DNA from: a virus
Taxonomy: Duplodnaviria; Caudoviricetes
IMG/VR virus record: IMGVR_UViG_3300018079_000016
Location: 1 to 46,894 of that record
Length of the DNA stretch: 46,894 nt
Reading direction: 5' to 3' (one strand)
Positions 27,681 to 36,863 of this stretch are shown here, one piece after another (position 1 is the stretch's first letter; every line of letters starts with the position of its first letter). A program made the position numbers and the translations under genes. The notes beneath the pieces are model-generated. The model was not told the origin of the DNA. It saw only the letters and a list, made by a program, of their open reading frames with translations, and did no database searches.

Positions 27681-28359
27681 CTTTTTCTCCTTCTACTCTT
27701 CTATCTGAGAGTAGACGACTCATATAGTCAATAGTCTGCATCAAGTGTAGATTATTGAGCTTGTGAAGTAGTGGAAATAATTCATCGAATACTTTGTCCT
27801 GTTGCTCAGTAGTCAGATTATAGTCCTTTCTAACTTCTTCTTCCTTAGCAGGTATATACTGAGCACTAGACCATTCCCCAGCCTTCATTTTGTCTTGGAC
27901 CTTCTGAATAGCTTCTAACTTCTTTCTTCTTCTGTCTCTTCGGTCTGCAATCCACAGGGCGATGATTGTTGCGATATCCCGCTCTGTATCTTCAATTGCT
28001 TCAGTAACTCCGACTTTACCTGAACTTTCCAGATTTTTGATTCGATGTAGCTTCTCAGAGAATCTGCCAATGAAACCAGCATCTTGTGGACTATGGCTAA
28101 ACAGGATAGCCATTTGACCTGCAAAATGATAGTTTCCTGATGGGTCAGAATTAGAAGCATAATCATGACTTTTTTTGTCATGTATTTCGGCCATCTCTTG
28201 AAGGAGGGCATAAAATGTCTGACTCCCATGTCTTACTCTTCCTTGTTCTCCACGTTGTGCTTCACCGTATGGAATGTCATGGGCTTCACCATGAAGACCT
28301 AGACGTTCATTTACACGCTTTTCTTCTTTTCTCTGTTCACGTTCCTTCTCAGTGCTCAT
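27664..28359 (-). CDS. Nucleotide-modification-associated domain 1 (DUF1599-like) protein
   Basis: KKSHDYA...N...R..EK..RI.NL...EAIEDT..D pattern. Confidence 0.65.
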   Translation of the reverse strand: MSTEKEREQRKEEKRVNERLGLHGEAHDIPYGEAQRGEQGRVRHGSQTFYALLQEMAEIHDKKSHDYASNSDPSGNYHFAGQMAILFSHSPQDAGFIGRFSEKLHRIKNLESSGKVGVTEAIEDTERDIATIIALWIADRRDRRRKKLEAIQKVQDKMKAGEWSSAQYIPAKEEEVRKDYNLTTEQQDKVFDELFPLLHKLNNLHLMQTIDYMSRLLSDRRVEGEKATDRG

Positions 28360-28561
28360 ATAAACCCCCTATCATTTCCCATTGTTTCTTGTGATATCCC
28401 GGTAAAACTTTGCGCTTCGCATTTCTTTTTATTCTACAGTTAAAGCAACGAGAAATTAGTATCCTATCAGTTCCCCCACAATCAGGGCATATTCCTTTTG
28501 CTCTGCGTTTAGCTCTAGTTCTTGAAGAGCGAGTTAAACCATCATTTACTTTTATACTCAT
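28349..28561 (-). CDS. Basic zinc-finger protein
   Basis: KGICPDCG...CFNCR. Confidence 0.65.
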   Translation of the reverse strand: MSIKVNDGLTRSSRTRAKRRAKGICPDCGGTDRILISRCFNCRIKRNAKRKVLPGYHKKQWEMIGGLYEH

Positions 28562-28798
28562 TTATTTTTCCTTATAGACTACAGGCCGCGGGGTAATAGT
28601 TCGCTTACGACCAAAACAATAAGCACAGTTTTTATTTCTACCAAAGTTAGTAGTCTGACAAGCAGGACACATCCAGTTAGGACAATCAAGGAATTTTTTG
28701 ATTCTAATGTATTCTGAGTATGGAATTTCACCCTGTTCGATAGGAGAAATTTCTGGTAGTTCCTCTGGTTCATTTTTTGGAGGTTCTATTACAGGCAT
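28562..28798 (-). CDS. RanBP2-type zinc-finger protein
   Basis: WMCPACQTTNFGRNKNCAYC = W-x-C-x2-C-x3-N-x6-C-x2-C. Confidence 0.7.
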   Translation of the reverse strand: MPVIEPPKNEPEELPEISPIEQGEIPYSEYIRIKKFLDCPNWMCPACQTTNFGRNKNCAYCFGRKRTITPRPVVYKEK

Positions 28799-28799
28799 T

Positions 28800-29009
28800 C
28801 TATATCACTATTCTTGGTATGTGTAGTGTGCTGTGAAATTGGTCATGTGTGACCAGTGTAATATGCATCTTAGAATGCTGCTCAGTGAAATCCATATCTA
28901 GTCTATTCTCTCTCTCACGCGCAGGGAGTTTTTCAATACTGACCATGACATAAATCTCATCCATGTCATGAGCAGAAACTAGTTGTTCTAATAGTTCTTT
29001 CTTAGTCAT
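28800..29009 (-). CDS. Hypothetical protein
   Basis: Tightly packed operon; ATGA overlap. Confidence 0.6.
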   Translation of the reverse strand: MTKKELLEQLVSAHDMDEIYVMVSIEKLPARERENRLDMDFTEQHSKMHITLVTHDQFHSTLHIPRIVI

Positions 29010-29233
29010 ATCGCGTGGTAAAGAGTAATAGTAATTGGCGAATGCCTATATGCCCCATCACCATTGTAATCTAGGATATAGACATTACCTATGTGGTCCA
29101 CAAACCACCATTGACCACGAGAATGAAACATAAATGGACCGGCCTTAACTCCCATGCGTCGATATAGGAACATACCAATCCAGTTATTGATTCTTTCTTT
29201 TAGACTCGGTTTCTGTAGTTCTCTTTTATCCAT
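29006..29233 (-). CDS. Hypothetical protein
   Basis: SD GGAGG. Confidence 0.6.
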   Translation of the reverse strand: MDKRELQKPSLKERINNWIGMFLYRRMGVKAGPFMFHSRGQWWFVDHIGNVYILDYNGDGAYRHSPITITLYHAI

Positions 29234-29472
29234 CTTTGAACCTCCAATACTACTTCCATGTATTTATCTGATGGAGTCATATCTACTTCTTGACCTATTT
29301 GATAAGTCATCCAAATCTTGTTGCGTAGATATTTAGGCAACATAAACCAATGAGTTCTACAACCCCACATTGCAGGGGGAACTTGAGTATTACATCCAGG
29401 CCAATGACAAGTGTGGTCTCTTGTTTGACCTTGACTCTTTACGTAATCAACTTTGTTATTGATATCTGTCAT
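29200..29472 (-). CDS. Conserved-looking phage Cys/His protein
   Basis: HTCHWPGC...MWGCRTHWFMLP. Confidence 0.7.
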   Translation of the reverse strand: MTDINNKVDYVKSQGQTRDHTCHWPGCNTQVPPAMWGCRTHWFMLPKYLRNKIWMTYQIGQEVDMTPSDKYMEVVLEVQRWIKENYRNRV

Positions 29473-29744
29473 TTTCCTCTAGTAACACCAGGTTGTTTCA
29501 TTCTTTCAGGATGTAACTTCGCAAAATCCTCAAACTGTTTGAGTGTCTTTGCTAGTTCTCCCATAAACCAATCATTACATCCATCAACAATAGCTAATTG
29601 CTGATAGATTTTCAGTATTGGAATTGCTAGTCTATCCCTTGCGCGAAGAATCAATAATGGTTCATCATGGGGAATAGGGTCTCCATTACTAGTTTTGATT
29701 ATTTCTTCCCCTTCAAGATGGAAGCGATTACTAATTATTCTCAT
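29469..29744 (-). CDS. Hypothetical phage protein (DEP-x-x-x-LRA-x-D motif)
   Basis: DEPLLILRARDRLA. Confidence 0.7.
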   Translation of the reverse strand: MRIISNRFHLEGEEIIKTSNGDPIPHDEPLLILRARDRLAIPILKIYQQLAIVDGCNDWFMGELAKTLKQFEDFAKLHPERMKQPGVTRGK

Positions 29745-29765
29745 ACAGTAGCCTGATTAGTAGTC

Positions 29766-29978
29766 TCATACAACATAGGTGTCATGTTCTTTGAGGTATT
29801 GATGGGTCTTTTGTAAGTAATCAAAAATAATTAGATAGCGTTCCAATGCTATCAGTAGTAAACGTTTATCATCCTTCCTACTCCATTCACTCCATTCAGG
29901 GTCATGAAAAGCATACGGACACCTTTCAATATCCCCCCAATGATTCAAACGGCCTTGTTCAAATCTAAGCATTTCCAA
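29766..29978 (-). CDS. Hypothetical protein
   Basis: SD GAGG; in operon. Confidence 0.5.
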   Translation of the reverse strand: MEMLRFEQGRLNHWGDIERCPYAFHDPEWSEWSRKDDKRLLLIALERYLIIFDYLQKTHQYLKEHDTYVV

Positions 29979-30154
29979 TGTTTCCTCCCATTTCCCTCGG
30001 CAATATGACTAATTGGAATTACCGCCCCTGATTGGGTATCGACACGTTCTTCTATTACTGAATACCATTTACCCTCTATCTCAGCCAAAACTTCAATTCT
30101 ATTCTCGCCTTTGCCTCGCAGCCAAATTGCTGTAACTGGAATTATTGTTTTCAT
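29945..30154 (-). CDS. Hypothetical protein
   Basis: ATGA overlap; SD GGAG. Confidence 0.6.
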   Translation of the reverse strand: MKTIIPVTAIWLRGKGENRIEVLAEIEGKWYSVIEERVDTQSGAVIPISHIAEGNGRKHWKCLDLNKAV

Positions 30155-31428
30155 CTTTTCTTCTCCATAAAGAATCTTTGTAGTTCCATTGCTTGCTCAT
30201 TAGGCATGGTATAAAGAATTTGATTGCCAACAGAAGCTGTAGTAATCATGCCCGTAGCATCGAATGCTTGCATTATCTCATCAAATTCTTCTGATGAAGA
30301 AAAATGCATCCACATCTTCTTCATAAGAATAGTCCTAGTAACTTGATGAGTTTCTCTTGCTAACAGTTCCTTAATAATAAGAGATTTTAATAGGGCAGCA
30401 GAGGATATACCATGCTTACCCATTGTGGTTTCTTGCATACTACCAAGTAGTTTAGTGCAGGATTTAATTGCATCGTCCATTGCTTCTGCACTAATAACTA
30501 GTTCAGGAGTTTGCGCAAGAGATAGTATCATTGCTATCTTTAACACACTATCACCAAATCGATTAAGTGTGCCAGTTGCATCTTTTATTTCATTAGTATC
30601 TACTGCATCCATAAAATTAGTATACCATTCCTCGTAAATTATACCTGCTTGAGTAAAATAATGTGTTTGCCCAGAAGTAGAATTTTTTACAGAATATTTA
30701 TATACTTCTGATTGTTCTCTAGAACCTAATGCCGCAAAAGGACCAATAAGTTTAGCTATTTCTTTTAGGTATTCTGCGCTACTTTTGTAATCAATTTCTT
30801 GTTCTAATGGAACTAAAAGTGAATTTGTTCTATTTCTTATTTTCTCGTAGACGATAAAAGTGCGCGCGAAATATCCACCTTGAATTGCAGATTTGGTGAA
30901 AAAATCTTCACTCATTGCTTCATTAGTTGCGGTTAACATTGTAATGGTTGGGTCTTTGAGAGTGAAAGTTTCCATCTTAAGTAGCGAACGCCATTCACCT
31001 TCATTATAGTTACGGTCATACAGGTCAGTTAGAATCTTAGTTGCTACTTTGTCTTCAACTATTGATGATGATAATTCAGAAGAACAAATAAAAGCAACAG
31101 ACTTCATTGGAACTTTTCCACCTGGTTGAGTTTGAGTTTGTGCTAGCTCCTTTAGAATTCCCTGAATAGAACCCCTACCAGTTATAATTCTAGTATTATT
31201 GACTGCTTTAACTAATTGCTTTGCAGCATTAACTGCTGGGCCTTTTTTAAGACCTGACTCTGCATGTAACATGGTATAAATGTTGGGATAAAGTTTGTAT
31301 ATATGACGTGGCAGCCATATATTATCCTTGACACATGCTGAAATTGCTGAAATAGCTGCCCAATAATAAAATGAGGCAGGAGTTTCTAATTCATCATGTT
31401 GTTTTACAAAATCTACGAGCCAGCTCAT
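30151..31428 (-). CDS. DUF3987-like P-loop NTPase (putative replicative helicase) with C-terminal winged helix
   Basis: YPNIYTMLHAESGLKKG, SSELSS, LTDLYD, GGYFARTFIV; downstream of PolA. Confidence 0.7.
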   Translation of the reverse strand: MSWLVDFVKQHDELETPASFYYWAAISAISACVKDNIWLPRHIYKLYPNIYTMLHAESGLKKGPAVNAAKQLVKAVNNTRIITGRGSIQGILKELAQTQTQPGGKVPMKSVAFICSSELSSSIVEDKVATKILTDLYDRNYNEGEWRSLLKMETFTLKDPTITMLTATNEAMSEDFFTKSAIQGGYFARTFIVYEKIRNRTNSLLVPLEQEIDYKSSAEYLKEIAKLIGPFAALGSREQSEVYKYSVKNSTSGQTHYFTQAGIIYEEWYTNFMDAVDTNEIKDATGTLNRFGDSVLKIAMILSLAQTPELVISAEAMDDAIKSCTKLLGSMQETTMGKHGISSAALLKSLIIKELLARETHQVTRTILMKKMWMHFSSSEEFDEIMQAFDATGMITTASVGNQILYTMPNEQAMELQRFFMEKKR

Positions 31429-31479
31429 TTTTTATTCCTATAATGAGCTCTCTGAAGAATCTGTTCTTTGTTCATGGAC

Positions 31480-31689
31480 TTAAGGAATAATACTTTTAAC
31501 AACACTTATCAGATAATTCCTGCAATTCCCACATTTAGCTTCTGCTAGACCTTCAATTATAATTCGGTATTGACAGATTTGGCAGTAAACTTCATGTGGC
31601 TTATCATTTACAGGCATTGATGGATTATCACTATACGGGGGTTCCTGTAAATCCTTAAGAAATGGATATTTAGAATGGAATGTCGTCAT
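31480..31689 (-). CDS. Zinc-ribbon protein
   Basis: CQIC...CGNC. Confidence 0.55.
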   Translation of the reverse strand: MTTFHSKYPFLKDLQEPPYSDNPSMPVNDKPHEVYCQICQYRIIIEGLAEAKCGNCRNYLISVVKSIIP

Positions 31690-31885
31690 TCTGCATCCTC
31701 AATTCCAACATTTCATCTTCATGGATTTTGCGCTGAACACTAGTGATTAGTATGAGTAATTGTGAAAGTAACTGAATTAAGTTGGTAGTTATGAGTTCAT
31801 CATAGCCATCAACAGACCAACCCTTATCAATATCTTTCCTATATTGAAGTGTGAGTCGAAAATGCCACTTAGCCATTAGTTCCAA
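31670..31885 (-). CDS. Hypothetical protein ending in DDIPF
   Basis: SSB-like C-terminal tip DDIPF; ATG at 31876 also possible. Confidence 0.55.
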   Translation of the reverse strand: MELMAKWHFRLTLQYRKDIDKGWSVDGYDELITTNLIQLLSQLLILITSVQRKIHEDEMLELRMQNDDIPF

Positions 31886-31914
31886 CTCGTAGGAGATTGA
31901 GACTCCGGTTTATT

Positions 31915-32187
31915 TTAACTCAAATTATTTCTTGCATCCATAATACCAGCAACTATCTTTAATAGTTCAGGAAATTCCTTACCGTGAATAGGAAATGGAT
32001 TAGGTAATCTCATTGCTACTCCTGGTGCTATTTCCTTGTAGATGAAGGGTTCGGTAAGGTAGTCTAACGTAGCTACCACTATTACCATTGCCATCAGTAA
32101 TTCTGTTTCATCAGTGTATAAAAATTTCAGTTGTTCTTTCGCCATATCGATTATGGCCTCAGCTTGCATGTCATCCATTCCTGCCAT
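31915..32187 (-). CDS. Hypothetical protein
   Basis: SD GAGGAG. Confidence 0.6.
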   Translation of the reverse strand: MAGMDDMQAEAIIDMAKEQLKFLYTDETELLMAMVIVVATLDYLTEPFIYKEIAPGVAMRLPNPFPIHGKEFPELLKIVAGIMDARNNLS

Positions 32188-34810
32188 ATAGTCTCTCCTC
32201 TTGAGTCCTGTAGATAATATCAGTTAGTTTTGAGTCGGGTGGTAATGGTTCTTGCGCGAGGAATTGTTCAGTTATGCTCTTAGGTGGCATATTTGGTATT
32301 TCAATGGGTGGAGTAATGATGGGCAAATCCTTAAACTTAGACAAGTCCTTATAGTTATAACCAGTCTCAATTTCACACGGTATAACTAATGGAGGACGAG
32401 GAAGGGAGCAACACCAGAAATCAATAGGTCTTTCAAATTCTGTCTTAATGATTGGTGTCCACTCATCTAATCTTTTTACTGGTATACAAAATAGTAGGGA
32501 GTCATGAGATTCCAATACTATTCGGATAACAGGGATTTTCTCCTTAATACGTAACGCAGCAGCTTTTGTGCTATCAGACACTGCTCTTTGTGGCAAGTAA
32601 GAAAAACCTTGTCTAAAGAGTTCTTCATCCCAACGTTCAAAGAATGTTCTCTTACCCCCAATTGGCGCATCGACACCGTAAGGTAATGGTGCAATGAGTT
32701 GACGATTACGCTTGAGACATTCAATTACTTCTCCTTGAAAAACTGCACGAATCTTAGGTTGACGTGCGTGGAAAATCATTAAGGCTCGTTCTGCAATCGC
32801 CTCAGTAATAGCGATAGGGATTTTATATTTTCTGGCGTCAGTATTAACTGTAACTGCTGCACGTCGTTTACCGGCACCAAGATGACCGGCGTGCCGAAGA
32901 GTTTTACCAACAAATCTAGTAGGGTGCTCGTATCCCAGAATCTTTTTTGAATAATCAGTTTCAGTTCCACCAAAGAACCAACTGGCCGTCCACGCATGAT
33001 AATCTCTAGTGTCGATGTCATATAGTGCCTCCTCATCATTCGCGAGTCTAAAGATTACTCTTGCCTCAGCCTGAGAACTATCAGCCTGGACAAAGATATA
33101 GCCTTCAGGACCAGATTCTTCATCAGGTTCATCGACGATGTATTGCTCTCTAACTTCTGCACCAATATCACCATGCTTAGTCATGATTTGAAATGGTGTG
33201 CCTAATGCTTTCTTTTTCTTCTTACCGTCCTCACCAACAACTTCAATGAATGGTCTAATAGGAGGTTCCTGCTGACCAGTAGAAGTTCTACCAGTTTCAA
33301 GACAAGGAAAGTAAGTAGTTCTAATCCTACCATCAAAATCAGGTAGAACCATGATATTATTCGCGATAGTTCTACGAACTCTTCTATCCTCAAGAATGAG
33401 TTCAAGTATCCTCCTATGTTCAGGTTTACGACAAGCATTAGGAGAATTAAGTAGTGCAGTTAAATCCTCTTCACCAGTTGTATTCTTGCGAGGTAGTTTT
33501 AAGTTCTCCCATAATAGTAATGCTATCTGCTTAGGAGATGCTACATTGATTTCTGTTCCAGTGAGATGGAAAAGTTCATATCGACACTTCTCATCCCATT
33601 CAATGTATTTTTTTAATAGTTCATCACGCTTGACTGTATCTTGTCTGAACCCTTGCCGTTCTATATCGTAATAGAGAGCAGGAAGTTGCATGAGGAAATT
33701 TTCAAAGAAAGGACGCATACCTAGTTCATCTAGGTCAGGGTCCATAGCTTCGTCTACTTCAAAAGTGACACATGCATCTCTAGCACATCCTATGAAAAGG
33801 TCATTGATATTTCCTTCATACATCCCCTCATCTTTATAGAACGGCTCTTCAGTGTATATTGAAGTGAGGAATGCGAGGTTTTTCGGAAGCTCAGGGTTAA
33901 TTGCGTGGGCCTTGAGCATTGTATCACTGACAAGTTTCTTAATAATGAATCCAAGTCGCTTAATTTTATCTCTATCGTAATTGAAGTTCTGCCCGACGAT
34001 TTCACATTCATACAATATCTCTGCAAGTATGGTCCAAATCTGAACTAGGTCTGCTGAAGGAATGGTTGATATTCCCCCCATATTCCAGAGAGGAACTGTC
34101 ATACCATGAGACTTATTGAACGCGAGTCCGATACATACAGGAATACAAGTGCCATCAGCTTCAATATCAACTGCTAGACGAAGTTTACCTTTATATCTTT
34201 TTCTAAACTCCGCGAGGTCGTATGAAGAATGGCAAATTTGAAGTGTGCGATGAGGAAGATTAACTTCAGGGAATTCTGCTTGTGCTTTAGCACGCTTGAA
34301 ATCAAATATCATTACCTGTCGATTCCAGTATCCCTTTATTTCTCCCCCTGTAGCCGTGTGGAGTAGATGGGCCGGATGGTATGTAGAAACAAACTTTCGT
34401 CCCATTCCGTGCATGATAGAACCACGGAATTGGGAAATCTTAGTTTTACCTGATAGCGCCCACAATGCTGTCCCGCCGAGAGCCAAGATACAGTTAGGTT
34501 GTATTGCAGTAATTTCTTGTTGTAGTTCAATGAGTTGTTCCTCAATATTGATTCCTGCATTCTTAGCCCTTACTGCAAAAGGAATCTTTTGGCTGGGTAA
34601 ATTTGGAGGAACCTCATACTTACATACGTTTGACAGCCAGCAATTCTGACGGTGAATCCCACTATCTTGTAATAGTCTAGTGAGTTCTTTACCAGATGGG
34701 CCAACAAATGGTTTGCCCTCTAAAGTTTCATGATACGCGGGAGCCTCTCCTAATATAAAGAGTTTGGCACCCATCGGACCATGACCGGGGACGTATACTC
34801 TTTCACTCAT
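32171..34810 (-). CDS. polA: Family A DNA polymerase with N-terminal family-4-like uracil-DNA glycosylase domain and 3'-5' exonuclease
   Basis: UDG: GEAP, PFVGPSG, NVCK, TYHPA; Exo: DIE, GQNFNYD; Pol: ETGRTS, DSSQAEAR, RxxxK, HDS. Confidence 0.92.
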   Translation of the reverse strand: MSERVYVPGHGPMGAKLFILGEAPAYHETLEGKPFVGPSGKELTRLLQDSGIHRQNCWLSNVCKYEVPPNLPSQKIPFAVRAKNAGINIEEQLIELQQEITAIQPNCILALGGTALWALSGKTKISQFRGSIMHGMGRKFVSTYHPAHLLHTATGGEIKGYWNRQVMIFDFKRAKAQAEFPEVNLPHRTLQICHSSYDLAEFRKRYKGKLRLAVDIEADGTCIPVCIGLAFNKSHGMTVPLWNMGGISTIPSADLVQIWTILAEILYECEIVGQNFNYDRDKIKRLGFIIKKLVSDTMLKAHAINPELPKNLAFLTSIYTEEPFYKDEGMYEGNINDLFIGCARDACVTFEVDEAMDPDLDELGMRPFFENFLMQLPALYYDIERQGFRQDTVKRDELLKKYIEWDEKCRYELFHLTGTEINVASPKQIALLLWENLKLPRKNTTGEEDLTALLNSPNACRKPEHRRILELILEDRRVRRTIANNIMVLPDFDGRIRTTYFPCLETGRTSTGQQEPPIRPFIEVVGEDGKKKKKALGTPFQIMTKHGDIGAEVREQYIVDEPDEESGPEGYIFVQADSSQAEARVIFRLANDEEALYDIDTRDYHAWTASWFFGGTETDYSKKILGYEHPTRFVGKTLRHAGHLGAGKRRAAVTVNTDARKYKIPIAITEAIAERALMIFHARQPKIRAVFQGEVIECLKRNRQLIAPLPYGVDAPIGGKRTFFERWDEELFRQGFSYLPQRAVSDSTKAAALRIKEKIPVIRIVLESHDSLLFCIPVKRLDEWTPIIKTEFERPIDFWCCSLPRPPLVIPCEIETGYNYKDLSKFKDLPIITPPIEIPNMPPKSITEQFLAQEPLPPDSKLTDIIYRTQEERLYGRNG

Positions 34811-34994
34811 ATACTGGTTTAGACGGCTTTATTTGTTCCCAACAATCATCACAAACAACACGTCTGTCTTCCCATTTTGAATTAGGAAACATTTTTTTGT
34901 ATTCTGCAATGGCTTTTTCTTCTGACCATGTTTCATCTCTTACTAGGTCAAAAGTGCCACCACACATTGAACATTTATATTTAGTAGTAATCAT
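34803..34994 (-). CDS. Zinc-ribbon protein
   Basis: CSMC...VCDDC. Confidence 0.65.
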   Translation of the reverse strand: MITTKYKCSMCGGTFDLVRDETWSEEKAIAEYKKMFPNSKWEDRRVVCDDCWEQIKPSKPVYE

Positions 34995-35257
34995 CTCATT
35001 CTTTCTCGCGCCTGTTGAGTAATATAACCACAGTCTTTATGCTGCCCAAATCCGGGAGCAATAATGTAATCACTTATCTCTAATCCGAGTAATTGGTCTG
35101 CATCAGTAATTACATAGTAGACCTGACCATTACGCGCTACTACTCTACGTTGTCCACCATTGATTTCTCTTGCATCAGGACATACGTTGTAACGTAAATG
35201 GTCTAGACCATCAGTAATCTTATTAGCAAGACAAGCAATAGGTTTCTTAATAGTCAT
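34991..35257 (-). CDS. Hypothetical protein
   Basis: ATGA overlaps at both ends. Confidence 0.6.
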   Translation of the reverse strand: MTIKKPIACLANKITDGLDHLRYNVCPDAREINGGQRRVVARNGQVYYVITDADQLLGLEISDYIIAPGFGQHKDCGYITQQARERMR

Positions 35258-35454
35258 GATGTATATTTCGCGTAGATTGATTCCAGCTTATCAGCTTGTC
35301 CTTCAGTTAACTGACGAAGTAAAGACAGTCTTTCATCCATATCATTAACGAAGTTGGTTTCCCAATTGTTAAGTTTATCGGATGCTTCACTAGTAATAGC
35401 GTCTACCCAACTACGATAAACTTCAATTGGTTGTGGGGTCCAAATCTTACTCAT
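35254..35454 (-). CDS. Hypothetical phage protein
   Basis: LNNWETNFV...LTEGQ...L..IY; ATG 35454. Confidence 0.65.
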   Translation of the reverse strand: MSKIWTPQPIEVYRSWVDAITSEASDKLNNWETNFVNDMDERLSLLRQLTEGQADKLESIYAKYTS

Positions 35455-35573
35455 TTTCAATATCCACTCTAATTATTTTACCTACAAAATAGACAGTCCA
35501 ACCTTTTCCCTCAACTTTCTTCAAGCCAGAATTTTTAAGAAATTCAATTGCAATACGAATAGTCTCAAACGTT

Positions 35574-35720
35574 TCAATACTTGGCATGTTGTCTTTTCCT
35601 TTTCTTTCGGAAACACTTCTCACAGAGTCTAGTTCTATGAAGTAAACCCGGAGTAGCCTTTTCGTCCTTCCAATTTACACCACAGCTAGGACAGGTATTC
35701 CAAGTTTGATTATCCGTCAT
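35574..35720 (-). CDS. Small zinc-ribbon protein (48 aa, not in ORF track)
   Basis: MTDNQTWNTCPSCG...LCEKC. Confidence 0.5.
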   Translation of the reverse strand: MTDNQTWNTCPSCGVNWKDEKATPGLLHRTRLCEKCFRKKRKRQHAKY

Positions 35721-35994
35721 TGTTGGTAGTGTTATGTCTGGGGGTTCCATTACCGTTCAACCTCTTTAACGCTTCTTGTCTGTTAGGAGATTGCATGAGT
35801 GCTGGATTGGTATGAAAAGAATTAGCTAGTTTTAAGTTCTCAGAAACTAGTCCTATACTAACGGAGAAGTATGCAGCAGTGCTTGATACTGTCCAAGTCT
35901 TTTCGTGAGCATTCATAGCAAGGTGATAAATTTCCATCACCATTACTTTTTCATGCCATAATTTAGACTTGAGATATCGTTCCCTGAATGTCAT
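35710..35994 (-). CDS. HTH protein resembling the ParB HTH region
   Basis: WTVSSTAAYFSVSIGLVSENLKLA. Confidence 0.6.
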   Translation of the reverse strand: MTFRERYLKSKLWHEKVMVMEIYHLAMNAHEKTWTVSSTAAYFSVSIGLVSENLKLANSFHTNPALMQSPNRQEALKRLNGNGTPRHNTTNNDG

Positions 35995-36334
35995 TCTGTT
36001 TTAACTGCAATGATTTAGAGCCACACCACAAACAAAATCCGAATTGCAACTTGTAATCTAGGTGTAATGTGATATTGCAGTTAGAACAGAAATAGTGATA
36101 CTTACAATTGTGCCCAAGGGGTAGTATCTCAGTAACCGTAGGGTCTGCAATATTAGTTATCACTACTGAATGCGCAGGATTAGTGACCCACAAATTCATT
36201 GTGATAGTAACGTAGGTAATAAAATCAGCATCTTTAAGAGATGCCGTTTCTGTTAGTATTTGGTCTATCCTAGTATCAAGCGCGAGACCAGTTAAACCTA
36301 CTGCTATACTCTTCAGAAAAGCACGTCTATTCAT
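35963..36334 (-). CDS. Protein with twin-arginine-like N-terminus and C-terminal zinc ribbon
   Basis: MNRRAFLKS; CSNC...CLWC. Confidence 0.6.
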   Translation of the reverse strand: MNRRAFLKSIAVGLTGLALDTRIDQILTETASLKDADFITYVTITMNLWVTNPAHSVVITNIADPTVTEILPLGHNCKYHYFCSNCNITLHLDYKLQFGFCLWCGSKSLQLKQNDIQGTISQV

Positions 36335-36543
36335 TATTTTTGGTCCATTTCATTTCCAAAAATGAAAATTAGTCTACTTTTTGAACACTTATGGCATACT
36401 TCAAACGAAATAGTTATAAGTGGAGGATTATCTGCATAACTGTGAGTTGCTATGTTATACATATAATTCCTCCACTTATGCCAGCAAAGGAACTTATTCA
36501 ACTTAATATGCGAGTTGAATCTAAGTCTTGGGATTCTCATCAT
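36334..36543 (-). CDS. Small Cys/His protein
   Basis: FLCWHKW...CHKC. Confidence 0.55.
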   Translation of the reverse strand: MMRIPRLRFNSHIKLNKFLCWHKWRNYMYNIATHSYADNPPLITISFEVCHKCSKSRLIFIFGNEMDQK

Positions 36544-36829
36544 TGAGAACCTTTATCTTAATCGCCCGCCACCCCCTATCCTGAACTTCGATAGGGGTAA
36601 ACTCCACTTTCATTCCCTGCTTCAATTCAAGGAAACGAAGTGTATCCTGTCGTAGACTAGTCCAATGGAAAAAGATGCGTGTGAACTTGATATCCTTTGA
36701 AGATATAAAGCCCCATCCATCTTCTGATACCTTGATGATTTTACCCTGAACACGCTTTTCCTCCTGCTTAATGTGCTCAGTGATTAGTTCTTTGTCCCTA
36801 CCGCTGAGTTTATCGAAAAGTCCCATCAT
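36521..36829 (-). CDS. Cold-shock domain (OB-fold) protein
   Basis: RNP1-like GWGFI, RNP2-like IFFHW, LKQGMKVEF; SD AGGAG. Confidence 0.88.
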   Translation of the reverse strand: MMGLFDKLSGRDKELITEHIKQEEKRVQGKIIKVSEDGWGFISSKDIKFTRIFFHWTSLRQDTLRFLELKQGMKVEFTPIEVQDRGWRAIKIKVLNDENPKT

Positions 36830-36863
36830 TGTTATCTCCTACCAAAACAATTGAAGTAAATCA

